Source of the DNA: a virus
Direction: 5' to 3' (one strand)
Virus record (IMG/VR): IMGVR_UViG_3300048113_001121
Coordinates: 96,001-160,000 of that record
DNA: 64,000 nucleotides
Shown: piece after piece, positions 7,181-16,302 of the stretch
How positions within the stretch are numbered: the stretch's first letter is position 1
Layout: each line of letters begins with the position of its first letter
Position numbers and translations under genes: made by a program
The notes under the pieces: generated by a model
The model's input: the letters and a program-made list of their open reading frames with translations, nothing else
What the model was told of the DNA's origin: nothing
Databases searched by the model: none

Positions 7181-7480
7181 ATGAGTCTTAAAAAAATACA
7201 AGAGGAATATAGAGAAACACCAAACAAGGAGTTAGTTAGTGCTGTGTTCGATAATTTTATATTTGGTCTACTTGGGGCAATCTTAGTTGTCTTTATCGCA
7301 GAAAGAGTGGATATATTAGTACTTTTAGGGTATATGATTTACTACTTTTTCTTAGGGAGAGTTGTTAATAGACCTAAATACGTAACAAGTTTAGGTAAAT
7401 TTATTATATTTCCTGTACCAACCGCAATAGGGGCGTTTGTAGGATATAAATTGGCTTATTATTTAACACTTTTATTTTAA
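7181..7480 (+). CDS. Hypothetical membrane protein
   Basis: Three hydrophobic segments. Confidence 0.7.
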   Translation: MSLKKIQEEYRETPNKELVSAVFDNFIFGLLGAILVVFIAERVDILVLLGYMIYYFFLGRVVNRPKYVTSLGKFIIFPVPTAIGAFVGYKLAYYLTLLF

Positions 7481-7484
7481 AATT

Positions 7485-7622
7485 ATGAAATTTTCAATAT
7501 CAACTATAGTATCTCAAATTTATCTTATACCATATATGAAAATAACTTACGATAGATTTCTAAATGGTGATTTAGAACTGTGTATAGGTTGGATTAATAA
7601 AGAAATAGTTATATCAATTTAA
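7485..7622 (+). CDS. Small hypothetical protein (45 aa)
   Basis: Manual translation MKFSISTIVSQIYLIPYMKITYDRFLNGDLELCIGWINKEIVISI*. Confidence 0.5.
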   Translation: MKFSISTIVSQIYLIPYMKITYDRFLNGDLELCIGWINKEIVISI

Positions 7623-7709
7623 AAAAAAATAATATTTTTAGTAAAACTTAAAGAAATATTACTTATATTTGTACCAACGAAATAATTAAACATTTAAAAA
7701 AATAAAAAC

Positions 7710-7889
7710 ATGGGTAAAGAAGAAACAATTGCACCTGAGGTGAAGTCAAAAGTAGAAGAGTACGCTTACAAGCACTACAAAATGTTCAAAAACAAAACAC
7801 TTTTAATTAGTGAGAAAGAGAATTGTTTTCTCGTGTCTTCACACAAAGACGGCTCACCATTAGTGTTAGGTAAATCAATTTTAAATTAA
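7710..7889 (+). CDS. Small hypothetical protein (59 aa)
   Basis: Manual translation MGKEETIAPEVKSKVEEYAYKHYK...; follows TATATTTG and an A-rich start context. Confidence 0.6.
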   Translation: MGKEETIAPEVKSKVEEYAYKHYKMFKNKTLLISEKENCFLVSSHKDGSPLVLGKSILN

Positions 7890-7898
7890 ATAATTAAT

Positions 7899-8186
7899 AT
7901 GGCTTATAAAAATCAAAAAGGTGAGAACCTTTATCTATTTGGTTGGTTGGAAGCTCCCGCAGGAACTGTGGGTACTAAAGACTTCCGACCAACCACAGGA
8001 GGGAATAGTGAATGGGCAATGACCAAACGTGAGGCAATCGCTAAAGTTAATCGACAACAAAAAGAGTCTCAAAAAAAGTATCCAACTCATGTTCGTTTAC
8101 GTGTGGACCCTAATACTGTTAGGAGAGCAAAGACTTATGAACAGTTCGCATCTTTTGATAGAGGTCTAATTATGATGACCATTTAA
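7899..8186 (+). CDS. Hypothetical protein
   Basis: ORF track. Confidence 0.65.
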   Translation: MAYKNQKGENLYLFGWLEAPAGTVGTKDFRPTTGGNSEWAMTKREAIAKVNRQQKESQKKYPTHVRLRVDPNTVRRAKTYEQFASFDRGLIMMTI

Positions 8187-8278
8187 CGTTTTTTGGGAAC
8201 CAATAATGTGATTATAAGAAGGTAAGTTTTGTATTTATAGTGTTAAACTAAACAATTCAAAACTTATCTCTCTTAATA

Positions 8279-9883
8279 ATGAAAAAAATACTATTTTTAT
8301 TAATCTTCCTAAACACATTTTTAGTAAAAGGTCAATGTGACATTTCAATTAATGACTTTAATTTTACCACAGGAGAATTAGTGGTGGAAGTCATTAACTC
8401 AGAAAACTGTGGATGTAATGACCTCACCGATATTGAAACCACCTGTAATACTTCAAGTAGTGGTTCTATTCAAAATAATGAAACAATAAGTCATATTGTT
8501 TTAGGTTTACACTTAGATGGTTTTGATTACCAATGGACTGATTGCGTCAGTGGTAATAACCATCCAGGGTGGACCTTTAAAAGTAAAAGTTTTTTTGGTA
8601 ATTCTGTTTTAGAAACAGGCGACACATGGAGTACTAACATCTATGATTTTTATGGCTCCACCAATGACTGCTGGTCCGATATTTTATCAAATAATGAAGA
8701 GTGTGTTGAATTAGTCATTTGGCAAATTAACCTATCTCAAACTTCTGAAGTTGCAGATGGAGGATGGGCAGTTAATCCTAATGTGGCTAATCAAACTCAA
8801 AATTATCCTGATTTTAATTTATTAGACAATGTGGTTACTATGTGTCCTGTGGTTTTCCCTGGTTGTACCGACCCTTTCGCACTAAACTATAATGAGGACG
8901 CAACAGAGGATGACGGTACTTGTGTTTTTTCAATAGGTCCCGACCCAATCATAATTGATGTTACTATTTCTGAAGAAGAATGTGAAGTATTTGATGCGGG
9001 TATTTTATCATCATTCGTTTATGAAGCAACTTTAGTAAACATAGGGACTGAAGCGGTTACAAATTTTTGCCTTAGTGATTTTTTAGGTACCACTTTTAAT
9101 TGTTTTAATGGGGTTTCTAATTTAGCAGTCTGGATTCAACCTGGAGATACGATTACCGTGAGTGGTACGATTAATGGAGCGGGTACATGGATATCAGGAC
9201 AAGGTAATTACTTTACAATTACGAGTGTACCTAATGAAATTATTACTGGTAATAATAACTTTGTATTTAATATGGTAACCGGTGTTGATTGTGAACTACC
9301 TCCACCCCCATGTGATACTATCTACGTAACTGAAACAGAATTCTTAACTGACACTATCTACGTAACTGAAACAGAATTCTTAACTGACACTATCTACGTA
9401 ACTGAAACAGAATTCTTAACTGACACCCTTTATATAACACAAACCCTTACGGATACAGTAGAAGTCTTGGTGGATAATTACATTTATGAAACTGATACAC
9501 TAACAGTTATTGAAACTCAGTTAATTGATTGTGAAACTGGAGAAGAATGTGTTGACCCACCAGGATTAAGTGAATGTTGGCCTTGGACAGTTTATATCCC
9601 AAATACGTTCACCCCAAATAATGACGGAATTAATGATATATGGCAAATTATATATGATTTAGATTGTTGGGTTGACGTGGAGTTTAAAATTTTTAATAGG
9701 TGGGGGTCTCAAATATATTATGGATTTGTTGAGGATTTTGAAACTTACCCGTATTGGGATGGGAGTATAAATGGTGGAGATTATTATGTTTCAGATGGGG
9801 TATATCTTTACACTTTTTATGGTCGTAAAAGTGATTCACCTGAGATTTTAGAGGAGTCTGGATATATAACAATATTTAGGTAA
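8279..9883 (+). CDS. Secreted protein with a T9SS type-B (gliding motility-associated, CHU_C) C-terminal domain
   Basis: Signal peptide; GCTDPFALNYNEDATEDDGTC motif; C-terminus YIPNTFTPNNDGINDIW...IFNRWG...GYITIFR. Confidence 0.8.
   Translation: MKKILFLLIFLNTFLVKGQCDISINDFNFTTGELVVEVINSENCGCNDLTDIETTCNTSSSGSIQNNETISHIVLGLHLDGFDYQWTDCVSGNNHPGWTFKSKSFFGNSVLETGDTWSTNIYDFYGSTNDCWSDILSNNEECVELVIWQINLSQTSEVADGGWAVNPNVANQTQNYPDFNLLDNVVTMCPVVFPGCTDPFALNYNEDATEDDGTCVFSIGPDPIIIDVTISEEECEVFDAGILSSFVYEATLVNIGTEAVTNFCLSDFLGTTFNCFNGVSNLAVWIQPGDTITVSGTINGAGTWISGQGNYFTITSVPNEIITGNNNFVFNMVTGVDCELPPPPCDTIYVTETEFLTDTIYVTETEFLTDTIYVTETEFLTDTLYITQTLTDTVEVLVDNYIYETDTLTVIETQLIDCETGEECVDPPGLSECWPWTVYIPNTFTPNNDGINDIWQIIYDLDCWVDVEFKIFNRWGSQIYYGFVEDFETYPYWDGSINGGDYYVSDGVYLYTFYGRKSDSPEILEESGYITIFR
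9314..9426 (+). repeat. In-frame 36-nt tandem repeat, three copies (DTIYVTETEFLT)
   Basis: gacactatctacgtaactgaaacagaattcttaact repeated directly with no spacers. Confidence 0.95.
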
Positions 9884-9884
9884 T

Positions 9885-10304
9885 ATGAAAACATTACTAA
9901 TCCCATTACTTCTCTTTATACCATTTAACTCTATTTCCCAATGTCAACAATATGTGTTTTCAACTGTTCCTGCAACGGAATGGTCCACATGGACATATGT
10001 CAATTGTGAAACATTAGATACTAACACATTTAGTATACCATGTTGTCAATACACTTTACCTCGTTGTGCAATCATAGGTTCACCAACTTTAATCGAAGGT
10101 GACGGGTTCCATGCCCTAATGGTTAATCCTGTAGGGGAACCTTGGGAAGATTGTGAACAATACAATGAGGAACCATGTGTTGGTGACATTGATGGTGACG
10201 GAATCATCACTGTTTTGGATTTATTATTATACCTTTCAGAACCGTATGTAGGTATAGGTGATTTAGAAGGTATTATTCAGAATTTTGGAAATCAATGTGA
10301 TTAA
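9885..10304 (+). CDS. Secreted Cys-rich protein with a dockerin/EF-hand-like C-terminus
   Basis: Signal peptide; CVGDIDGDGIITVLDLLLYLS. Confidence 0.65.
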   Translation: MKTLLIPLLLFIPFNSISQCQQYVFSTVPATEWSTWTYVNCETLDTNTFSIPCCQYTLPRCAIIGSPTLIEGDGFHALMVNPVGEPWEDCEQYNEEPCVGDIDGDGIITVLDLLLYLSEPYVGIGDLEGIIQNFGNQCD

Positions 10305-10362
10305 TTTAAAATATTAATTTACTGATAAGTTTTTTTATCTTATATTATTACAAATTAATAAT

Positions 10363-10749
10363 ATGAGATTAGCACTTATTGCCCATGACGGTAAAAAATC
10401 AGATATGGTAGCGTTTGTCATGAAACGTTTAAAATTCTTTAACAACAACAACGTATCATTAGTAACCACAGGTACAACAGGTAAAAAAATTACACACGCA
10501 GGTATCGATAAAGTTGAAGCAGTAAACAGTGGTCCTTTAGGTGGTGATGCTGAAATTGGGGCTATGGTTACTCGTGGAGAAATAGACGGTGTAATATTCT
10601 TTAGGGACCCGTTAGATAAACATCCACACGATGTAGATATTTCAATGTTAATGAGGTTATGTGATGTTCATAATATACCGTTAGCCACCAATTATAAGAG
10701 TGGACATATAATGGTTAAATATTTTGATTCTAAGTTGAATGTGAATTAA
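10363..10749 (+). CDS. mgsA: Methylglyoxal synthase
   Basis: LALIAHDGKK, TTGTTG, SGPLGGDAEIG, FFRDPL and HPHDVDISMLMRLCDVHNIPLATN motifs. Confidence 0.92.
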   Translation: MRLALIAHDGKKSDMVAFVMKRLKFFNNNNVSLVTTGTTGKKITHAGIDKVEAVNSGPLGGDAEIGAMVTRGEIDGVIFFRDPLDKHPHDVDISMLMRLCDVHNIPLATNYKSGHIMVKYFDSKLNVN

Positions 10750-10772
10750 ATTTTTATTATAATTAAAACGTT

Positions 10773-11363
10773 ATGAACACTAAAAACAAAAAACATCTTA
10801 TAGTTATTGGTCACCCCGACCACAAATCGTTTTGTTATAATGGTATCTTTAAGACTATTATTAACGAATTAGAAAATGGTGGTGAAACGTATAAAATAAT
10901 TGATGTCTATGAAGATAAATTACATAGAAACAAAGAAGAGCTGATTAAAGAATATCAAAGTTTAGTTACGTGGTCAACTCACATTTATTTTATATCTCCC
11001 GTTTGGTGGTTTAGAATGGTACCTAAAATGGAAACCTTTTTTGATGAGGTTTTTACACCTGGATTTGCCTATAAATTTGTACCTTTATTTGGTATGTACG
11101 CATACCCAAAACCATTTCTTAGTGATAAAAAAGTTAGAACATATATCACACATGGGGCACCGATGTTACCTGTTATTACATTGTATCTTAATTCAGTTAA
11201 GTTGAGATTAGTGATGGGAGTTTATACTTTTGTTTTTGGTTGGAGTCCATCAAGATGGCGTAAAACTAAACAGTTTTGGTCTGTTCCTTTTGTTAGTGAC
11301 AAAAAACGTAAGAAATATTTAGAAATAGTTAAAAAAGACATTAAAAGAGATTTAAGAAAATGA
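10773..11363 (+). CDS. NAD(P)H-dependent oxidoreductase, flavodoxin-like fold (Flavodoxin_2; KefF/MdaB family)
   Basis: GHPDHKSFC, SPVWWF..P and FDEVFTPGFAY motifs. Confidence 0.8.
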   Translation: MNTKNKKHLIVIGHPDHKSFCYNGIFKTIINELENGGETYKIIDVYEDKLHRNKEELIKEYQSLVTWSTHIYFISPVWWFRMVPKMETFFDEVFTPGFAYKFVPLFGMYAYPKPFLSDKKVRTYITHGAPMLPVITLYLNSVKLRLVMGVYTFVFGWSPSRWRKTKQFWSVPFVSDKKRKKYLEIVKKDIKRDLRK

Positions 11364-11500
11364 AAAATTTGAAAAAGGTATTTAACCGACAAGGTAAAAC
11401 TGAGTCACAGATGAAAGCAAGTTATCTTGGAGCGTTTGTAGGTTTTGTGGGTATGTTAGTATTGGGGGTAATTTATTTATTAATGAAATTATTAACTTAA
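11360..11500 (+). CDS. Small membrane peptide (46 aa)
   Basis: Manual translation ending ...YLGAFVGFVGMLVLGVIYLLMKLLT*. Confidence 0.55.
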   Translation: MKNLKKVFNRQGKTESQMKASYLGAFVGFVGMLVLGVIYLLMKLLT

Positions 11501-11502
11501 GT

Positions 11503-12042
11503 ATGACAAAAATAATTAATTTGTTTGGTGGACCCTGTTCAGGAAAGTCTACGATATCATCTGGTTTATTTTACGAACTTAAACGAAGAGATATAAGTTG
11601 TGATAACCCTTATGAGTTTCCTAAGCAAGTTGCTTGGGAAAAAAATGATTCTCAAATAAATGACCAACTATTCATATTTGCTAATCAACATAGAGGTATA
11701 GTACGTTCTTACGGTAAAGTAGATTATATAATTGTGGACTCACCTATTTTACTTTCTTTAGCGTATAAAAATGGATATGAAAGTGGTTATCCATCAACAT
11801 TATATAATGACACTTTTGATAAAATGGTTTTAGACGTATTCAACAAGTATGAAAATATAAATATTTTTTTAGACCGACCTGATAATTTTCAAGATGAAGG
11901 TAGATTACAAAACCATAAAGAGTCTTTAGATTTTGACAATAAAATAAAATCAATAATGGATAAAAACGAAATAAGTTATAGAACATTAAAAGTTAATGAT
12001 AAAACTATAGAATATATACTAACATTTACATTAGGGTTATAA
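11503..12042 (+). CDS. P-loop kinase-like protein (NadR/AAA_28-like)
   Basis: INLFGGPCSGKST Walker A and IIVDSPILLS. Confidence 0.7.
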   Translation: MTKIINLFGGPCSGKSTISSGLFYELKRRDISCDNPYEFPKQVAWEKNDSQINDQLFIFANQHRGIVRSYGKVDYIIVDSPILLSLAYKNGYESGYPSTLYNDTFDKMVLDVFNKYENINIFLDRPDNFQDEGRLQNHKESLDFDNKIKSIMDKNEISYRTLKVNDKTIEYILTFTLGL

Positions 12043-12057
12043 TAATAAAATAATATT

Positions 12058-12225
12058 ATGGAACATAGAAGATTATACGAAATTAAAATAGAAACTCTTG
12101 AAAAAGAAAATGAATCCTTAAAAAAAGAACTTGAAAAACAAGAATTAATTAAGGAGGGATATAAAGAAGAAATTTCTAAATGGAATAAAAAATATAAAGA
12201 TTTACGAAAACAAATAACAGGATAA
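12058..12225 (+). CDS. Small coiled-coil protein (55 aa)
   Basis: Manual translation MEHRRLYEIKIETLEKENESLKKELEKQ... Confidence 0.55.
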   Translation: MEHRRLYEIKIETLEKENESLKKELEKQELIKEGYKEEISKWNKKYKDLRKQITG

Positions 12226-12228
12226 GAT

Positions 12229-12471
12229 ATGGGATTTCACAAAAGATGGATTACTGAAGAGGTATTAGTTGATAGGTTTAGAAAAGGGGGTATCTCCGAG
12301 ATTGAGTCATATTTAGGACATGCTGACGCATTTGTAACAAACGATAAACTATCAAGTGAAGTTATCGATTTATTTAATACGCCACATTTAGATAATATTG
12401 AAAGATGGGATTTAATTTCTAATTTAATCTCAATTAGAACCATAGAAATTGATATGAAAGATTTTAAATAA
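12229..12471 (+). CDS. Hypothetical protein
   Basis: ORF track. Confidence 0.6.
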   Translation: MGFHKRWITEEVLVDRFRKGGISEIESYLGHADAFVTNDKLSSEVIDLFNTPHLDNIERWDLISNLISIRTIEIDMKDFK

Positions 12472-12523
12472 TGTTTTATTAATTAAACATTATTAACTAT
12501 ATTTGTTTAAATAAATAAACATT

Positions 12524-13027
12524 ATGAATATATTTGTATTAGATTGGGACGTAAAAAAATGTGCAGAATATCATAACGACAAACATGTTGTTAAAATGAT
12601 TTTAGAAACCGCTCAACTTCTTTGTGGGGTACACCATATTGTTAACAAAGACAATACTGACATCCCTTATAAATTATCACATAAAAACCATCCATGTTCT
12701 ATATGGGCACGTGAAAGTCTAACTAATTATCTATGGTTATGTGAGTTAGGTTTAGAACTTTGTAAGGAATATACCTACCGGTACGGTAAACGTCATAAGT
12801 CTTTAGATGTTATAGAATGGTGTGTTGTGAATAAACCTAATATTCTTGATAAAGATTTAACAGAACCCGCTAAGGCGATGCCTGAAAAATATAAAGTTAA
12901 ATCTGTTGTTGAATCTTATAGAAACTATTATCTTGGTGATAAAGCTTACTTTTCTAAATGGAAAAATAGAGAAACTCCTGAGTGGTTTAATCAGGGAGTA
13001 GAGAGTAAACTTTCCCTAGTTTCTTAA
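12524..13027 (+). CDS. Pyrimidine-dimer DNA glycosylase/endonuclease V-like protein
   Basis: MNIFVLD...HNDKHVVKMILETAQLL and HKNHPCSIW motifs. Confidence 0.75.
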   Translation: MNIFVLDWDVKKCAEYHNDKHVVKMILETAQLLCGVHHIVNKDNTDIPYKLSHKNHPCSIWARESLTNYLWLCELGLELCKEYTYRYGKRHKSLDVIEWCVVNKPNILDKDLTEPAKAMPEKYKVKSVVESYRNYYLGDKAYFSKWKNRETPEWFNQGVESKLSLVS

Positions 13028-14048
13028 TTAGTTTTTTTGATGTGGTTTTTAAATATTTTTCTATATCAGTATAGAATTTCATAACATTATTTTCATACTT
13101 ATCAAACCCTTTTTGGTATTTATCAAATTGTTTAGCCTTATCTCCCATAAAACCTATCTCAGCTTCTAAATCGTTATCAACTAATGAGTCACCATAATTT
13201 TGTCGTCTATTGTTAGAGGCACTTATGTACGCAATACGTAACACTAAATTAACTTTTTCATCGTCACTCAAATTATTTAAGTCTGTACCAATATCAACTT
13301 GACTTAATAGTTCATCTACAGAATCCATATTTGAGTATATTTCCTTTACCATTTCATCCACACTAAATCTCATTGATTCCATAACTATAAAGTATTCTTT
13401 TTTAAGGAAATCTAAAAATCCAGACTTACCAATACCTTTAGTTTTTAATTTGGCATAAAGTTCTGTTGGTCTTACAGAATTTTCTATCTCATCTAAATAA
13501 TATAAATCATAGAACATTCTTTGTATCGCACTTATTGGGAAGTCAAACATCTCAGTATTTGCTTGGTACTCTGAAACTTTTTCAACATTAGTATACGGTG
13601 TTTTTAAATCGTCAAACTCATGTTTTAATTCGTGAGATAGGGCACTTACTGTTTGTACTTTTGATTTATTTATTGAATCTATCACATCTTTTACCGACCA
13701 ATCTTCAGGTACTGGTTTATCTATAGATAATATAACCTTACCATTTTTATTAACTTTCATCAAAACATAATCACTACCTACCTTACCTATAGTATTTTTT
13801 CTATAAACCATCATATTAGCCTCACCATACTTATCACTATCAGGTCTGAGTGTTAAATCTATTTCCACATCATTTATTTCTTCATCTCCAATCATGTAAG
13901 GTTCAACGGGTTTAAAATTAACTTTATATTCGGTTTGACCGTCTTTTATCATATGGGTAACCTTTGACTTAAAATCGTTATATAATTTTTCGCCAGCATC
14001 TACAATACCTTTTGGAACCCCAACCGCTTCGTTTAATTTTATACTCAT
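12987..14048 (-). CDS. Hypothetical protein with an HExxH motif (possible zincin-like)
   Basis: ALSHELKH...YYLDEIENSVRPTE; preceded by TATTTAT. Confidence 0.6.
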   Translation of the reverse strand: MSIKLNEAVGVPKGIVDAGEKLYNDFKSKVTHMIKDGQTEYKVNFKPVEPYMIGDEEINDVEIDLTLRPDSDKYGEANMMVYRKNTIGKVGSDYVLMKVNKNGKVILSIDKPVPEDWSVKDVIDSINKSKVQTVSALSHELKHEFDDLKTPYTNVEKVSEYQANTEMFDFPISAIQRMFYDLYYLDEIENSVRPTELYAKLKTKGIGKSGFLDFLKKEYFIVMESMRFSVDEMVKEIYSNMDSVDELLSQVDIGTDLNNLSDDEKVNLVLRIAYISASNNRRQNYGDSLVDNDLEAEIGFMGDKAKQFDKYQKGFDKYENNVMKFYTDIEKYLKTTSKKLIKKLGKVYSLLPD

Positions 14049-14120
14049 ACTTTTCTATTTGGCATTTTTTACTTACCTTTGTTACTATAAATATAACGTT
14101 AAAACTAAAATTAAAAAAAT

Positions 14121-14792
14121 ATGGATTACGGAAAAGATTTTCAAAAATACGCAATGAGCGACCATAACGTGTCGTCACTAACAATGCACCATTATCAAAA
14201 AGAACTACAAGGTTCAATGACCCCCTACATTTTAGAGGAGAGAGAGATGAGAGCAACTCAATTAGATATATTCTCAAGATTAATGAGAGACAGACTATTA
14301 TGGGTCGCAGGTACAGTAAATGATGCAATGTCAACAGTAGTACAAGCTCAACTAATGTATTTAGATTCTGTAGATAATATGGATATTACGATGCACATCG
14401 ATTCACCAGGTGGTTCAGTAAAATCAGGACTATCTATGGTAGATGTTATGCACTATATAAAATCAGATATCGTAACAGTTAACACGGGTATGGCAGCATC
14501 GATGGGTTCTATTCTTTTAGGTGCGGGAACTAAAGGTAAACGTTCATCTTTAAGATTCTCAAGAACTATGTTACACCAATCATCAGGAGGTGCGGTTGGT
14601 AATATACAAGATGCAGAAATCACTATGAGAGAATGGACTAAGTTAAATGACACTTTGTTTAACTTATTAGGTGAATTTTGCGATAAAGATGCCGAGGTAG
14701 TAAAACAAGACGCATCTCGTGATTTATGGTTATCTGCTGAAGATGCTTTAGAGTATGGAATTATAGATGAAATCATAAAGACTAAAAAATAA
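14121..14792 (+). CDS. clpP: ATP-dependent Clp protease proteolytic subunit
   Basis: IDSPGGSV, GMAASMGS (catalytic Ser), MLHQ (His) and RDLWLSA..ALEYGIID motifs. Confidence 0.93.
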   Translation: MDYGKDFQKYAMSDHNVSSLTMHHYQKELQGSMTPYILEEREMRATQLDIFSRLMRDRLLWVAGTVNDAMSTVVQAQLMYLDSVDNMDITMHIDSPGGSVKSGLSMVDVMHYIKSDIVTVNTGMAASMGSILLGAGTKGKRSSLRFSRTMLHQSSGGAVGNIQDAEITMREWTKLNDTLFNLLGEFCDKDAEVVKQDASRDLWLSAEDALEYGIIDEIIKTKK

Positions 14793-14805
14793 CAATTTAG
14801 TGGTA

Positions 14806-14835
14806 AAAACCCTCACATTTGTGGGGGTTTTATTT
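14806..14835 (+). terminator. Intrinsic terminator after clpP
   Basis: AAAACCCTCAC-ATTT-GTGGGGGTTTT. Confidence 0.75.
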
Positions 14836-14870
14836 ACTTTAGTATATTATACTTAGATATTTGTTATAAT

Positions 14871-15095
14871 ATGGGAAAAACTAAAGTAAATCTTAAAAGA
14901 CATCTACTTAAAACTATTACATGGAGAATAATCGGAACAATAGATACCGTTGTTATTGGTTGGGTTGTTTCAGGTGACCCCCTAATTGGTTTAACTATCG
15001 GTTCATTTGAAATAATAACCAAAATGATACTCTATTTTATACATGAACGTGTGTGGTACAAAATTAATTTTGGTACTAAAAGGGTTACCAAATAG
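14871..15095 (+). CDS. DUF2061-like small membrane protein
   Basis: RHLLKTITWRIIGT...YFIHERVW pattern. Confidence 0.7.
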   Translation: MGKTKVNLKRHLLKTITWRIIGTIDTVVIGWVVSGDPLIGLTIGSFEIITKMILYFIHERVWYKINFGTKRVTK

Positions 15096-15143
15096 AAAAA
15101 ACTCCGTAAACACGGATATTTATTAGTTATAAAGAAAGATTTA

Positions 15144-15767
15144 ATGGATTGGATAAGAATATTAGAAGTATTAGTTACCTCGGTTAGCTCAATAATTGTA
15201 GCTTTAGTAGGTGCTGGTTTCTTTAGACAAATGAGAGACAAACAGGAGAAAAGTAGGTCTAAAGAGAAACTAATGGAACAAATCAAAAAAGACGAGATAG
15301 TACATCTCGCAATAAGAGACGTTAGACGAAGTTATAACGCCGATAGAGTATATATATGGCAATTTCATAATGGGGGTAGTTTTTATACGACCTCACCGAT
15401 GCAAAAATTATCAATTACTTATGAAAGATGTTCCGATGGATTAGAACGAAAAGCCGAAAAAAATCAAAATCATTTAATAACTAGTTTTACAAGTTACATC
15501 AAAGACACTATGGATGGTAAAATGTACTTCCCTAATGTCGAGGATATGAATGATATAGGTTTAAGGTCATTAGCTTATTCAAGTGGAACAAGAGGTCACT
15601 GTGCCGTACCTATATATGATAAAGACAAGCATTTAGTCGCTATACTTTGTTTAGATTGGGTTTTTAGTGAAATACCTAAACAATATTTAAAGAAGGATGG
15701 TCAATTTACCCAAGATTTTATAGACGAATTTAGTACTGATGCTGACACATTAGACCCATACTTATAA
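15144..15767 (+). CDS. N-terminal TM plus GAF-like domain protein (possible holin)
   Basis: Single TM segment; ADRVYIWQFHNG and CAVPIYDKDKHLVAILCLD are GAF-like strands. Confidence 0.55.
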   Translation: MDWIRILEVLVTSVSSIIVALVGAGFFRQMRDKQEKSRSKEKLMEQIKKDEIVHLAIRDVRRSYNADRVYIWQFHNGGSFYTTSPMQKLSITYERCSDGLERKAEKNQNHLITSFTSYIKDTMDGKMYFPNVEDMNDIGLRSLAYSSGTRGHCAVPIYDKDKHLVAILCLDWVFSEIPKQYLKKDGQFTQDFIDEFSTDADTLDPYL

Positions 15768-15768
15768 T

Positions 15769-16020
15769 ATGTTTAATAAACATTTAAAACATTGTCTAAA
15801 ATATCAAAAAGTTATATTAATCTTTTTGAGTTTATCATTATTATCTGTGGTAGACACTATAAAAGGTTATATAATAAGTGAATGTGGATACACAAAAGAA
15901 TTCTGGATGGTAGAGTCAATTTCTTTACTATTATCTGTATTTTTACTATACTACTTATGGAACAATATCAATGATGGTTATTGTTACACTAAGAAAAAAG
16001 AAAGTAAAAATATAGATTAA
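15769..16020 (+). CDS. Hypothetical membrane protein
   Basis: Two hydrophobic segments. Confidence 0.6.
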   Translation: MFNKHLKHCLKYQKVILIFLSLSLLSVVDTIKGYIISECGYTKEFWMVESISLLLSVFLLYYLWNNINDGYCYTKKKESKNID

Positions 16021-16022
16021 AC

Positions 16023-16271
16023 ATGAAATTCACTTTAGACACTACAGAAAAAACAATTACAATAGAGGGTAATTTTACAAAAGTAGAGATGACCCAACTA
16101 TTCGATATACTAGATATCGAAAATATAGAGGAGTATACAATTCAAACAAAATCTCCTGATTTTTGGTATCAAACCAACACGTATAATCCTGATATACAAC
16201 TATACTCAACAAATAACACATTCGATAATAACTTAAAAGTCGTATATAAAAATATAGTAGACTCAATATAG
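16023..16271 (+). CDS. Hypothetical protein
   Basis: ORF track. Confidence 0.6.
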   Translation: MKFTLDTTEKTITIEGNFTKVEMTQLFDILDIENIEEYTIQTKSPDFWYQTNTYNPDIQLYSTNNTFDNNLKVVYKNIVDSI

Positions 16272-16302
16272 TATAATTATATTTTAGTTTATATTTATTG
16301 TT

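Noticed and set aside
9314-9426. 36-nt direct repeats as a CRISPR array
   Set aside because: The copies are adjacent with no spacers, are in frame inside a protein, and there are no cas genes in the window.
14087-14094. T4-type late promoter TATAAATA in its usual orientation
   Set aside because: Across the window the motif lies upstream of genes only when read as TATTTAT(A) on the coding strand, so the T4 orientation does not fit.
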